This document shows, piece after piece, positions 1-13,276 of a DNA stretch of 64,000 bases. The notes beneath the pieces were generated by a model, which was not told the origin of the DNA, did not search any database, and saw nothing but the letters and a program-made list of their open reading frames with translations. The stretch is taken from NCBI RefSeq assembly GCF_035594765.1, contig NC_085842.1:260881749-260945748 (forward strand), given 5' to 3'. The stretch's first letter is position 1, and every line of letters starts with the position of its first letter. This DNA is from Anolis carolinensis. Its lineage: Eukaryota. Position numbers and translations under genes: made by a program.

Positions 1-1945
1 TTGGTGAACCCATGTAAATAAGGATTCCTTTCTTATTGCATATGACAAAAAGAAATATAAAGTGGATTTAAAGAAACACAATGAATATTTAACTTAACAG
101 GAGCTATAAGCAGGGAATTCAGCCTGGACTCAGAATGAATCGGGTGCAGATATGAATCACTGCAGAATGTCAAGAGGCAATCAGGGGTTTGCTACTCTTG
201 CTATCAGGGAGATTAAAGCTACCTGGCTTCAAATGCCGAATCCAGCTATTGTCTGTTGAGAAGGCTCAAGGGATGTAGACCTTGACCTTTTGATACTATA
301 CTATTGTCACAGATCAAAGTAGCTGTCCTTTTGGACCTCCTTGTACTAGCTGGCTAAGTGAGGTCAGTGATATGAAGATGTCTTGGGGGTACACCAACCT
401 TACCTATATTGAAATTTTCCCAAATTGCACATCCAGTGTGACATTGCTAGCAGTATTGGTTCTGGTAGCTTTTTCATAGTTATTGATGTACTGTGAACTG
501 TGCCCTTCCCCCACTGGAGGGCATACAGCAGGCAGTTTTAGACTTGAAAATTGACATTTGGATCCTTTTCAACTGTGTTAGCTGTCCACATTTAGACTCA
601 GGAGATCCAATTTTTTACTTTTGGTGTAATAATTTACCATGTCACTATGTGTCAGTGCCTTGACTATAGTATTGTTTTAGTGTGTCCTTTGAGTGTTTCA
701 ATTGTGACAGACAGAGACTTCAGTAAATTAGCCTCCACTGTCTTTCTAGAAGAGTGGCCTGTTTCCTAGATTTTTAAAAAAACTATTGGATTCTGAGGTT
801 AATGTATTTTCCTTTTCCAAGTCTTCCAACTCACTAGTGCATATGTATGCAAATAGCTTTTTGCAAACACAGAAAATGGTTGTCTTTTTATGTGTCCCCT
901 TTCAGAAGAAACAGGACAAATAATGTGGTACAATGAAAGCGAGAATGATGACTAGGGTCGAGATCACTGTATGTCATTCATTCCTGCAGTCAAAGGTCAG
1001 GCAACAATTATGTCTTCTGCCACAGCTTGCCAAGTGAAAACAAATGGCAAGAAAGCACTTTGTTCACACTTCAGACGTGCTCCAGAGACATAGATGATGG
1101 TCTGGATGTTTAATTGTTGCTCAGGGCCAGCTTCCAGAGGAGGCTTAGGCCACTATAAGGAGGATAGAGTCTTCTTTTTTCTTTTTTCATCATTAAGGAT
1201 CCTATGAGTAAAAGCCACCCCCCCCCAGCTAAATACTGAAGTAAAGACACATGTCAGAAACATAGATCAGAATTGGAACAGAATGAGAAAACTACCAGTT
1301 TGAAATGCCTTAATACAGGCAGATGTATAGTACACATTCAAAGAGAAAATATTTATGTTGACATTTCAGGCTGCAGTCACGCCATTTGAATGCAATGACT
1401 GCTAGCTAAGATAGCTGAAAACAGATGATCTTGTATGATGGTTGGCTTCCCTTCCTCTGTACACTCAAGTGCTCATTACAGTTCTTTCTTTAAACTGCTG
1501 GCTAGACAGCTGCCTGTGCCTCTAAGGAGCATTGAGTGAGGGAGCATATAAATTACTGTAGCATTTTACAGCCAAGATAAACTCGAAGTGCAGGGTTATA
1601 GCCTGAACAGACATAGAAGAAGAACCAAGCAGAGAGAAAAGTATTTATATTGAGTCATGTCACACCCACAAAAACATTTATATAGAAATATTTTCCCTCC
1701 ATACATTCCCTTTCAACCTTGTAAGCAGCTCAAATATTCAGAGCTGTGTAACATAAACCATTGATCTCTCCTGTTTGGTAAAATGTTATTCTAAGATTAC
1801 TACCATAGTATTGATGTCAGTTGCAAATCTAACCTGCTGTTTGATTCTTGTTTTAAAAATTATCTGGCATCAAGGAAACATTTATTAAAATAAAATATTA
1901 GGAAATCTTCCAAATAACAGAAAATATTGATTGTACTAATGAGTG

Positions 1946-2051
1946 TTCTGTTTATCCTAGATTATCTGTCTGTGAGGACTTATATAATCCAATTTAAAAG
2001 CAGAAAACCTTGGATCAGATCCTGGGATATAGGGCCTGTCTGGAAGGGCCC
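1946..2051. mobile_element. Truncated PIF/Harbinger-type MITE, right two-thirds of the family at 63627-63777
   Basis: Near-identical to 63673-63777, ending ...GGATATAGGGCCTGTCTGGAAGGGCCC; the left TIR is missing. Confidence 0.85.
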
Positions 2052-4017
2052 AAAAACAAATGGTCAGAGTTTCTGTTGGGTGTAAATCAAAGCACAACCT
2101 TAGTGCTGGGTGGAGATGGAAATGAGATTTTGGGAATATCTCAGAAATGATTGTGCCATGAAGTCCTTTGCCCACCTTTACATGGCCTATAGATATATAA
2201 AGACATAACAGAATAGCACTTTTTGTCATCTAATATTGCCCCAGGGAACTGGAAATCATAACTGAGTTAAGCACATGTATCAATCATAGTGAGAGACTTC
2301 ATTCATTGCCGAAACATATTCAAATGCAGGGAGGGGAGGACTTATTTCTTTTCTGCAAAAGGATTGCACAAGAGTGACTACACTCTGTGCCTGGAAGGGC
2401 GAGGCACCCCTTTTCTCTTTTTTAATAAATACCTGGAATTTGAGGCAGATCATGGTCCAAATAGTGGTATGTGTAGGAAAAGGAGAAACCTAGCCAGCAG
2501 GGTAATATGGCAGCCTTACTTGTAACAGACACATATACGAGAATCTATGGCAGTCTCAGATGCCATTGCTACCCTGACATCTACTCTGGAAACAATTATT
2601 GGAGGTACTACAGTTCCAAGAATCCCACAAAGAGCAATGTGATTGTGGGACCATCAACATTTCAGAATGCTAAAGGCAAATTTCTTGAAGTTAAGAACTG
2701 TCAAGGTTAGAAGAACACATTTTCTTGGCTCTGCCAATTTATAATGCCGGCATAATGGTACAGAGGAAAATATTTTCTGGCATAGCATTCAAGTAATTAG
2801 CTAATAAAACCATTATAGGACCCAACAGTAACCACTTGGTATACTTCATACCAGGCCCTGAAGTTCAGTCTTTCATTTATGTGTATGTATACCAGTATTC
2901 AGTTTGGTTTTTAGCTGTAATTATTTAAAATGGACTCCATCATTCTTCTCTCTGTGCTTTTTCCTTTTATTGGAAACCAACTCATGGCTTTTCATTTGGG
3001 CTATAGCATTTAATTTTGCATTCAACCAATTACTGTGGGTATGGATTTTGCTTTGTTTAAGGATCACAACACTCAAGCAGTTATTTTCACAAATATATGG
3101 TGCCTTTATTACAGCCAGCAGTCTCAAACGAACTATGCTTCTTTCTAGCAATTTCAGTCCATTTTTCGCCTCTCTTCTGCACCACTAGCAATTTTCTCTG
3201 TGAGCTGTGTATAGTTTGTGAAACCTTGAGAAGCTGAGAAAATGCTCTGCTGGCTGGTTCATTCCCTCAGGAAACACCACTTGAATGTCAAAAGAACCAC
3301 AAAGTAGAAATTATTCTTACTTTCATAAAACCAAAGATTTAAACACAGTGTGTGGGATGTATTACTGCTTCGCTGCAAGGCAACATAAAAAGGAAAGCTT
3401 TATCTTTCTGCCTGAAACCTGACAACCTCTGGGAGTGTGCGTTCAACAACCTAAAAATCAAAACATTTTCATAGCACAAACAGCACATGGAAAGTCAGTT
3501 CTTGGACAAAGTGAGAAAAGATAAAAAGATATAACTTTGAGACATTCACTGTGTAGAGCCAAATGCTGATAAAAACAATATTAGCCTAAATTGTGTCTAT
3601 CATTTTCTAGCCTGAAGAATATCATGCCTGGATGTTTTAAATATATGGAGGCTACAGTGAGGCTCTTGCATTTTGGACATTGTATGAAATTGGTAAACTT
3701 AATCAAGGCAGATAGACTCAGTAAAGGGATCTGTTGTCTTAAGTCTGCAAGACCTGAGCAGAGCAGTTAATAAACAGATCTCTTGAAGGTATGTCATTTA
3801 TAGGGATTGTCATAAATTGAACTTGATTTGATAGCTTTATCATAACTAGAACCAAATCTGATCCTGCGTTGAGAAGTTGGACACAAAGGTATGTGGATGC
3901 ACATCTGATCCCAACCCTTCCTATATTCAGAGACCTCATTTGCATATATTATATGTGTTTATACCCAGAGGTTTGTTATATATCTTTATACAGATTGATT
4001 TATATATATTCTGTACC

Positions 4018-4217
4018 TAGTGGCAGCTGGTGGCTTCAATATGCGTAGGGCTATGAATCTGCTTCGGGATTTAGCCACAACTTTACACAAGCTATCTAAA
4101 GTTCTGATCCCATTCTGAGAATTGGGTTTGGCATCCTGAATGAGACTTTTAAAATTCAGGTCAAGGCCCAGGGCATATTATGGCTCTAATTGATATTGAA
4201 GCCATGAACCACCACTG
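4018..4217. mobile_element. Old ~200 bp hAT-like MITE
   Basis: Imperfect TIRs TAGTGGCAGCTGGTGGCTTCAATAT / ATATTGAAGCCATGAACCACCACTG; TSD is degenerate. Confidence 0.5.
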
Positions 4218-7200
4218 GCTGTTTGCTGGATCCAGATTTCAACAGTATGAGCATTTTGGCAACTGTGTGTTTAGCATGAAAACATCATCAACAGTCTGAA
4301 GCCATCTTGTTGTGATCCTGGATTGCTGAGTTTTGCTTTGAACTTCTGAAAATATTCAATTAGTGGGAGACAGTGTTGCAAGCTATAGGCTAGGGTTGTT
4401 GCCTTTTAATACAGTCCTGTCTTGGCAATGTCATATTTACTTGTAGAAAATTCTGCTCTAACATCTTCCTTGCATCTGGAATAAAATTTACATTTCCCTT
4501 TTACATTCCTGCTACAAAAACATACAAACAGTTGTTTTGCTTTGTACTGACTGTGCTCACTTTGCCTATGCATTTATTGGTTAAAATATTTATATTAAAC
4601 CCCACTAGGTAAAGATCTCAGGACAGAATCAATATGACAATAAGAACTAACTATAAACATTTTGATGCTTAGTGGACAAGCTTTTTTGCAATTTAGGGCT
4701 TCTTCAATTAACCTTCAATTACATACTTGGCTCTCAGGGAGTAAACACAGTGAGTTCTTTGGGACTCACTTCTGAATTGTTAGTAAAGGTTTGTGCTGCC
4801 AATGCATATGCCACCATCCTCTGTTACAAATATCATCATGTCCTACACAGGAACCAATATGCACATTTGTAAGGACACCTGAATCCTGGGTAAACCCGTA
4901 AATACTAGAAATATGGCAGTATCAAACAAACTTGAGTTTTTTTTAAAAAAAGGGGGGGGGTTGGCAATAACCCAGTAGGTGAGATCCATTTTCTGTGAAA
5001 ACCTGTGACATATTATTACTGTAACTAATTCCTTAGTAAATAGTCTTTTCCATAGCAGCTAAACTGAATTTGGTACTAAAACATATAAACACCATGCAGT
5101 GTGGTACTCATAAAAGCAATATGGAGAAATAATATAAGGTGGGGACATGCCTAATCAACCTTTTTTTAAAAAAAAAAAATGGCAACAATTTATATTAATT
5201 TTGGCAACAATTTGTATTAATCTTGGCGCAATATGCAAAACTTTTGAGTGTGTGTCTTTAGTGAAACACTTGAGATTAGCACAGGGCTACAGACAAAACA
5301 TGTCAAATCTTCATTCGTTTTGCTTAGTCAAGGAAACAGACTAGCAAGTGTCTGGAATGTGGGGATAATTAGTGGAAGCGGAAAGGTAAATCTTGTGTTC
5401 TGCATTTAATGGAACATGAGCAGAATTTATACAAAACCAGATGTGATGTAAAACATTCATGACTGGATCTTTTAACTTTGTTTTTTAGTTTTATAACCAA
5501 AGCAAATATGGGAGACTCTGACTTGATGCAAACTGTGGCACTGAGGAGAGGGCGTTCCATCTTCTTACTGGAACAGAAGGCAAATAAAAATGTACCTGAA
5601 TTGTGTCCATCTGTTTCTTGGTGTGGGGTTTAAAACAGCAACTTTCAGAGAGGGAGCATTATTTAGATTAAGGGCATAGCATATGGAGAAAGGGTTCAAA
5701 ATTGGGAAGTTTCAAAATGGATTGCTCAGCTTGAATCTGGCATTCCTGGCAGAACAAAAGTGGCTGTAGATCTTGTCACTTGGTAGATGCCAGTCTTGTT
5801 AGTTAGTTTCTGAATGGTTGAAACAAAATCCCAGTTAACTGGGAGAGATGATTCTGGGAGAGGTGAAAAAGCAAACAGTACTGAGAGACATAAAAGAAAG
5901 AGATAAAACTACAAAGGAATCTTAAGAGACCTAATTAACTTAGTCTTCAAAGTATTCTTGCGATTTAAGATCAAATGAGAAAATGTCACACATTGACATT
6001 TTTAATGGAGTAGGCAAGTGAGGAATGACTGAATTCATCTGGAAAACAAATATTTGATTCGATTCAATAGAGTGGTGATCATTTACTTTTTTATATACCA
6101 ATGGATTCTATTTTCACAAAGGTTGCTCAATTTACTATGTTAGCCACAACATCCAAATGCTATGAAAGATAATCTCCTCCTCTACTGCTATCCTCCTTTC
6201 CTTGTGTATACTATTTTATTTAAACTGCATGCCTCAGGGTAGGGAACTGTCAGGTTGACAATTTGTAATCAGCTCTGGGAGATATTTTAGCTGAAGGGTA
6301 GGGTATACAAACTATAAACATACAAATAAGACGTACTAGGACAGAACTATCATATCAAGGGAGACACTGAATCTTTTGCTATCAAAGAACAGGAGCAGCA
6401 AAGATGAACACATTTACACATAACTTTCCCAGCCTGACAGGAAAAAATATTTTGGTACAGAGCAATGGTGATTGTGGCTTCCATGTTAGTTGAAGTTTTA
6501 GTCCGAACTTTATGAGAATAACTCAAGGTGTTGAAATCCATACTCAATATAACATTTAGAATTGCATCACTGCCTCTATGATACAGACCCTCTAGCTATT
6601 TGTTTCGGTTTGACCTATTCTGGGAGCCACTGATTTGCATCAAAGATATACATTGATATAGTTCACATTGGCCCAAGTAGATCATATTACCTACACAGAC
6701 AAGATCACAAGCAGATGTCCTTCATATCAACTTGTGCTTTGTCCTTTAAGTAGAGGTACCTGGATTTGAACCTGAGATGTGTTCTTCCAATGAATGTTTG
6801 TCATCTGCAATGCCAGATGTAGGACAAATGAGGCCATGCTTTGTGGCACACTGCCATAGACTATTAACTCTATCATTATGTCTGGAAACACTCCGAAACA
6901 GAATACCTTCAAATTTATAATTACACTACATGAGCAAAATCCATCATAAAAAATAATAATTTTTTTTGCAGGAAGATGCCCCCTCACGACCATGGTGTGC
7001 TGCATACTGGAGATTAGAGCTCCTAGGGGAATCTGGATGGGGACTTATCCCACTATTCCATAATGCTCACATCACTTATCAACTTCCATAGCTGCAGAAA
7101 CCTACAAATAAATTGAAACAAAGAAAGCTGCTTTGAAGTTGGGAATATTATTTTTGGTTAGAGAGAAGTAATACAAATTACTTTTATTTGATAATCTTTT

Positions 7201-8008
7201 TTAAAATTAAAAACTGCAAAGCATAAACCATATAAAAAGAAAACTTTTCTTGATAAACTTACAAAAATCCAGGCAGATTTTTAAAAATAAAAAATGTAAG
7301 ATTTTGCTTCTTTAAAAAATGTATGACTTTCAAGAGGTTTCATTTATAAACTTAAGAAATATTTTCTCTGATGCAGGAGTGACCTTTCTAACTTTCGTGT
7401 TCACAAAGAACCTTTTTCACAGCATGTGATTCATATAAAGCTGGGAAATTTTGCATAATGCAAGTGACACTTTTTGATCCATTTTCCTCTTCTTTCTCTT
7501 TCTTATGAACAGCATATGTTACATCTGTGCCTGTTTCCATAGAAACAGTCAATTTTGGACTTTGAAAGAGGGAGTTGGGGGGACGCTGAAGAGTTGAGTA
7601 GCTTGGGAACAAGTGCACAGGTAATGGAGTTGAAATAGTTCTTCATTTTAATACTTGTGAAATATAAAACAAAATTAAACATATGAATCATATGAGACAC
7701 TCATCAGAGACTAGAATCTCTGATTAGCTATGGATCCCAGTGTGAATTTGTTACTAATGGTACCTTGAAATATTTCTGTTTCTTTTAATGCTTCTGTCCA
7801 CCCATTCCTCTATCAGTAAATAAAATTCTCAGAATACAGAAATATGCTTGCTCTGCTTATTTAAGCAAAGCATATAAAGGGACTAATGTGCATTAAGAAT
7901 GAAGTAAAGCCCAGCTTTGTTTCATTGAGAATGTTTGTGATTTTTGTATCATCTTTAAAATGGCAAAGATGGATTGTATAAGCTCAGCTTGGAGATCAAA
8001 CAGGAATG

Positions 8009-8176
8009 GAATCATAGAATCATAGAATAGTAGAGTTGGAAGAGACCTCATGGGCCATCCAGTCCAACCCCCTGCCAAGAAGCAGGAAATCACATTCATA
8101 GCACCCCCGACAGATGGCCATCCAGCCTCTGTTTAAAAGCCTCCAAAGAAGGAGCCTCCACCACAGTCCGGGGGGC
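8009..8176 (-). mobile_element. CR1 LINE 3' end
   Basis: Reverse-strand (ATTCTATG)n tail (gaatcatagaatcatagaat) plus CR1 3' UTR; similar to 28317-28466. Confidence 0.9.
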
Positions 8177-9562
8177 TTTTAAAAGGGGGAGGTTATGTAT
8201 TCAATGAAGGCCAAAGAACTGAATTGAAACACTGTGACCCCTTTGTAGGATGGTGGAAGGTTCCCAGTGTTTAGTGGAAGCAATGTTTCTTAGCAGAGTG
8301 AATGACAAAGAAAAACAACTTTAGTGAGTCAGTTCCAAAAGGAAAACAATGGTATAAGAAGAAGAGCCCCAATGGCTTGGCAGCTAAAACTACTCATTTC
8401 CTTTTTCATTATGATAGTGAATATCTACCTTGTACGTTCTAAGGAAAAGCTTTTTCTTTCTCTCATTAAAATAGGAATAACTTTAATACATAATTGGAAG
8501 TGTTTTAGGATAAGTAGAGAAAAAATAGGAGTTGCATGGGAGCATGACCTTTCAGCCTTCACATTTTGGCATGAAACCACTTGTTCAAGTAGCAATTAGT
8601 CTTTAAATAAAATATGACGATAGATTTTTCCCCTACACATACTTCTAGTCAAATGTTCCACAATAAAAATTCTAAAGATTCTCAGCATTCCAGGCTGACT
8701 ATCTAGCCCTGGTTGCAAAGAAACACTAATGTAATAATAAAGCATTTATAGCTTTTATTTTGGAGAGAGGAGGAAGAAAATAGAGCAGAAGAGCAGCAAA
8801 TACATACATTGTTGTTGTTATATTAATATCCAAACTTCTTTTTTTCCATATTGTGACTCAAGGTAGCTTACAATAGAATTTTCTAAAAAAAATTAATTTC
8901 ACCAAATTCAAAGGTTAAAAAATGATTGAAGCGTCAAAATTTAAAACCAGTTAAAATACAAGCCATTAAAAACACATAGAAAACAGTAAGAGAAATGCCA
9001 ATCAAAGAAAATAAATAGTATCTAGGGATGCAATATTTTGGCAATTCTCAAAGCAATAAATAACTAATTTTAGCAGTTTCCTTCCCACTGCAAGAACACA
9101 CTTGAAAACTGCAGTTTTTGAAGACTATTTACAGTTTGAAACCTATTATGTGCAAATGTGAAAATCTTTAATGCAAAAAATACAAAACAAAACAGGAATC
9201 TATGACCAGGAAACAGCCTCTGTTCCAAAATGAAATTTGGCCACAGTAAGGGTTGTTTTCTGCATGAAAAACATGCACACATTTTACACAGAATATGTCC
9301 CAAAACGAAAAAATCTCATAGGTCCTTATTTCACTTTATCAAGATTTCTCAGCATACAAAAAAAACAAGACATTTTCAATCATTTTCCAACTATTTTTGA
9401 ATATTCTTTCCATCCTTAATTGTACTGCACAAATGTTTGCACTGCTTTCAATACTTATTGAAACCTATTGAGAAAATTGTTGGGTGGGATTTTCCTGAAT
9501 ATCAACAACTTCATTTGTGACACCAGATTTCACACCAAAGTGTGCCTTTAAAAAGTTACTAA

Positions 9563-9891
9563 GGACCTCATCACATTAATACTGGGATTCGCCATGCATT
9601 GTGGCAAATTTGGCGTGGGGTGTGGGGAAGCCATCGATCCATGTCCTGCATTGACTGGCTTCCCTGTCACCCCATCCCACGGAGAGAAGCATCCACCACT
9701 CGGCTTCCCCCCATTGTTGCCTATGCAACACAGGAAGCTTCCTGTGTTGCCACTACAGCATTTTACAATGCTCTTCATTTGCCATGGAGCCCTGCTGGAA
9801 ATAGATCTATGTTGTGGGATGGGAGCAGGCAGGCTCCGTTCCAGAAGCGAAGTGCCGTACAAAAGGCAATTTTGCCCAAATGATGAGGTCG
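9563..9891 (+). mobile_element. ~330 bp TIR element (probable PIF/Harbinger MITE), family B copy 1
   Basis: TIRs GGACCTCATCA / TGATGAGGTCG, flanked by TAA/TCA; central 26-bp palindrome; related copies at 37842, 41686 and 51962. Confidence 0.7.
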
Positions 9892-11879
9892 TCAATATTA
9901 AGGTGAACCAAATTTGGATTAGAAGCCAACTTTATAATTCTTTCATATAGAATAATTCCTTTAGATTCCACTGAAGATTGAAATGTAGCTCCAATAATGC
10001 ATTGGCATGGGGAAATGATGAATTTCTCATCACACTGTGAATATAAAGGTAGGTTGCTTCTATCTTTTTTAAAAAGGAAAAAACTACAATAATGAAGTGC
10101 AGGAGGAGGAGATAATATAAATGGAGTGCCAGCCTAAGACATTCTCACATTCCCACCCACCTTACAAATGCTAAAACTTATTGCTGAATCACTCAGACAA
10201 CAAATCTTGCTTCCATGGTGCAAGACAGAGCTGGCTTTGCTGCTCCACTAGTCAATATGATTTTGAATTAGAAAAGCTTCAAGTCAAACAGGTCGGTCAG
10301 AACCAGTCACAGCATCCTCCTCACACAAAAATCTGACTTCACCCTGCCTTTAGTCATGTACTATTTCCAGCTCATCAGTGTGGCAAACCATTATTATGTG
10401 TAGAATGAAATGCAAGTGATTCAAGCAGTATTACTCATTTATTTTTTTTACAGTGTCAGATGTCAGCACCAAGAACACATAGAAAGAAGTGCAGCTTCTA
10501 TTGGCTTTATATGTACACTGTGGAAAGACAGTTTCATTTGGCAATGAAGTCAGATCTTTAGTCTTCACCATTGCAAACATATCTCCTATACATACAGTTA
10601 TAAATATTCTCAACAAAAGTCACACTTTCTAGCTGAAAGGGGATGTCTGCTTTCACCTGATGTGGTCTCACAGAAATTCAGTAAAGTACCTAAGAACATG
10701 GAGGAAAAACAACTAATATTTCTGTTACCAAACAACCCACTTACCTCCAGAAAACAAAAGTCAGTTGTTTTCTTGTAAGCACAGTAGATTTACATGTAAG
10801 TGCATTTGCACAAGAAACTTGACTAAGAAATGTTCACAAATCATGGCTGTGTAAGTCCAGTAGATTTACATGACTTGAACATTAGTGCTTTTGCACAAGC
10901 AACTTGACTTAGAGATGTGCATGAATCATTGGTGTGTAGCCGAGTGGGAGGCAGAGAAGAATCATCCTTGGAAAAATCCATAGAGGATTGGTTTTCTGTT
11001 GCTAATTTACAGCCTCGCGCTGCACCTGTCACTTTTACAAATCAATGGGAGTGCCTAGCCTTTAATAACACAGGGTCACTAATAAAGGTTGCAAGTGAGG
11101 GCCATGCAGGCGAGACCTTTCGGGATGTTAGGAAAAGAACCATAGTGACGCACATTAACACCCACACGCTCTTTTATGTCACTTCCAATTTACTTTATCT
11201 TAAATTGTCAGCTAGAAGAACTCTCTCCCATATTAATAACTCAAGGTTTGTATCCAAGCCAGGAAAAATAAAGCCTGCTGCTCTGGAAGGCTTGCTCAGA
11301 AAAAAAACCAATTGGGAAAAATATGCCTCAGTCAGAGTGGAGAATGAGAAGTGAAGTGTTTTTTTTAGAGTTTCCAATGAGTAAAACAGAGAGCAGTATT
11401 GGTGCTTTGTCTTTTGTTAAAGCAATCAACCATGTAATACAGAGACTTGGGGTCAGTACTCATGGCAGTTAAATACAAATAAGGGCTGGCTCATAGAAGT
11501 TTTTCTAGGGGTAGTTTGTCTTCTTAACCTGAAGCATATTATCTACACTACAATTATAGCAGCTTGATTCCACTTCATTTCTCATCCATTCAACTAGACC
11601 TCCCAATGAAAGAAATTCCACGAATTGGGACCAGACATTAAGAAAGTTATCTCTCATGCCCTCACCATCCAAACCAGGGATGGTAGTGGGATAGAGAGGA
11701 TGCATTCCCTTGCAGATCTTAGAGCAAAGCCAGGCTCATTTAGGGCGACACAGTTTTTCAAATAGTTTGGGTCTATCATGGACAGAGTGTTAAAGGTAAA
11801 GTCTAGAACTTTGAATTATGTCTGGATCAGCAACCAATGGAGTTTTCAGGAAGCAGTTTATATGCTTGGATTTTAAATA

Positions 11880-11982
11880 CATTTCAATACGTGATTTTAT
11901 AGATGTATTTAACTATGTTGTGCTCCACTTCAAGCTTAAAGGAGAGGTGAGAAATAATTTAAACTGTATTATTATTATTATT
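11880..11982 (+). mobile_element. L2-type LINE/SINE 3' tail ending in (ATT)n
   Basis: tgttgtgctccacttcaagc...ggagaggtgagaaata...(att)n, resembling squamate L2 3' ends. Confidence 0.5.
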
Positions 11983-12549
11983 GACACAACGATGTTGTAT
12001 GACACAGCAAACAAGATAGACATGCTGGATTTCGTTTCACAAAACCACAAGTCGAACACTTCCCAAGTGTCTAGGACTGTGTGATGTATTTTCGGATGAT
12101 GCGTGCAGATCCCAGCAGGGTGGCCTTTTGCAGTTGGCAGATCGTAATTTTGTCAATGTCTATTGTTTCCAAATGCCGGCTGAGATCTTTTGGCACGGCA
12201 CCCAATGTGCCCATCACCACCGGGACCACCTGCACTGGTTTCTGCCAGAGTCTTTGAAGTTCAATCTTGAGGTCCTGATAGTGGCTGAGTTTCTCCTGTT
12301 GTTTTTCATCAATGCGACTGTCACCTGGGATGGCGACATCAATTATCCAAACCTTGTTCTTTTCCACAACTGTGATATCTGGTGTGTTGTGTTCCAGAAC
12401 TTTGTCAGTCTGGATTCGGAAGTCCCACAGTATCTTTGCGTGAGGCATAAGTTCCAATGGATCATTTGGGCCACACAGTTGTGCCTCTGTTTGTAGTCTG
12501 TCTGTGCAATTTTCTTACAGCAGCTGAGGAGATGATCAATGGTTTCGTC

Positions 12550-12551
<2 letters not shown>
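11983..12551 (-). mobile_element. 5'-truncated R4-clade (Dong/Rex6-like) non-LTR retrotransposon with restriction-like endonuclease domain
   Basis: ORF 12071-12457: KILWDFRIQTD..TPDITVV..IIDVAIP..EK..Y (REL PD..D motif); HLLSCC and RHN motifs upstream; (ATT)n on both sides. Confidence 0.92.

Positions 12552-12596
<45 letters not shown>
12552..12596. repeat. (TAT)15 microsatellite at the R4 5' junction
   Basis: Direct reading. Confidence 0.97.
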
Positions 12597-12598
<2 letters not shown>

Positions 12599-12844
12599 GA
12601 TTATCACAATCCTTTCCAATCAGAATGTTAAAAGCCCCTGGCCTCTTGATATATCTCTACTGGGTAACACAACAGTTGCAGAAAATGACTTTGTTGCTGC
12701 TGTCACTGAGCACATGCTTTCCAGTGGGCTATAATCTTAGTTCATCTGGACTTGCTTTGAGATTTTCACTGTTGATGTTCTCATCTCTATCATTTTATCA
12801 CTACCAACTCCCTAGTGGATCAGAGAGCTCACTTGGCTGAGGCT

Positions 12845-13195
12845 CTACACTGTGGGAAGAAGTGATTCAGATGGCCATTTTCTTATTTTCAATATCAGCA
12901 AGAGTTTCAACAGAATTACCTCCCAAGGCAACAGGGAACTTCCAGAAATCACCAGGAATCCATTTGGCTACAGAGCCAGAGTGTCGAGTGTGACCTGCAC
13001 TGTGGATAGCCCCAAATATTATTTGGAATAAACCAATAGTTTTCATGGAAGTCATGAAATCCTAAGCTACTTCCAACAGAGTGTTCTCATCATGAATATT
13101 GAAGTCCATCAGCACCACTGCTGAGAATTTCTCAGTCAGCTCAGGAAGGAAAATTGTCCAGCAGCAGTAAACTGATAGAATCTCTATCCTGTCCA
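12845..13195 (-). mobile_element. Decayed L2 LINE ORF2 APE-endonuclease fragment
   Basis: Minus-strand translation: DRIEILSVY..LPELTE..VVLMDFNIH..FMTSMKTIGLFQII..HSAGHT..FPVALGGNSVETL. Confidence 0.75.
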
Positions 13196-13276
13196 ATCCC
13201 CTGCCCTGCAGGAAAAACACAATCAAAGCACAGCTGACAGATGGCCATCCAGTCTCTGTTTAAAAGCCTCTGAAGG
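13190..13276 (-). mobile_element. CR1 3' UTR fragment
   Basis: gtccaatcccctgcc...gacagatggccatccagtctctgtttaaaagcctc matches 8062-8145. Confidence 0.8.

Noticed and set aside
9023-9418. Possible decayed AT-rich hAT-like elements (tagggatg...catccYta; similar at ~19140-19940 and ~50290-50630)
   Set aside because: TIRs are too degenerate and no TSD is recognisable, so boundaries cannot be supported.
10917-11354. 145-aa ORF
   Set aside because: GTG start, no recognisable homology and no convincing splice signals.
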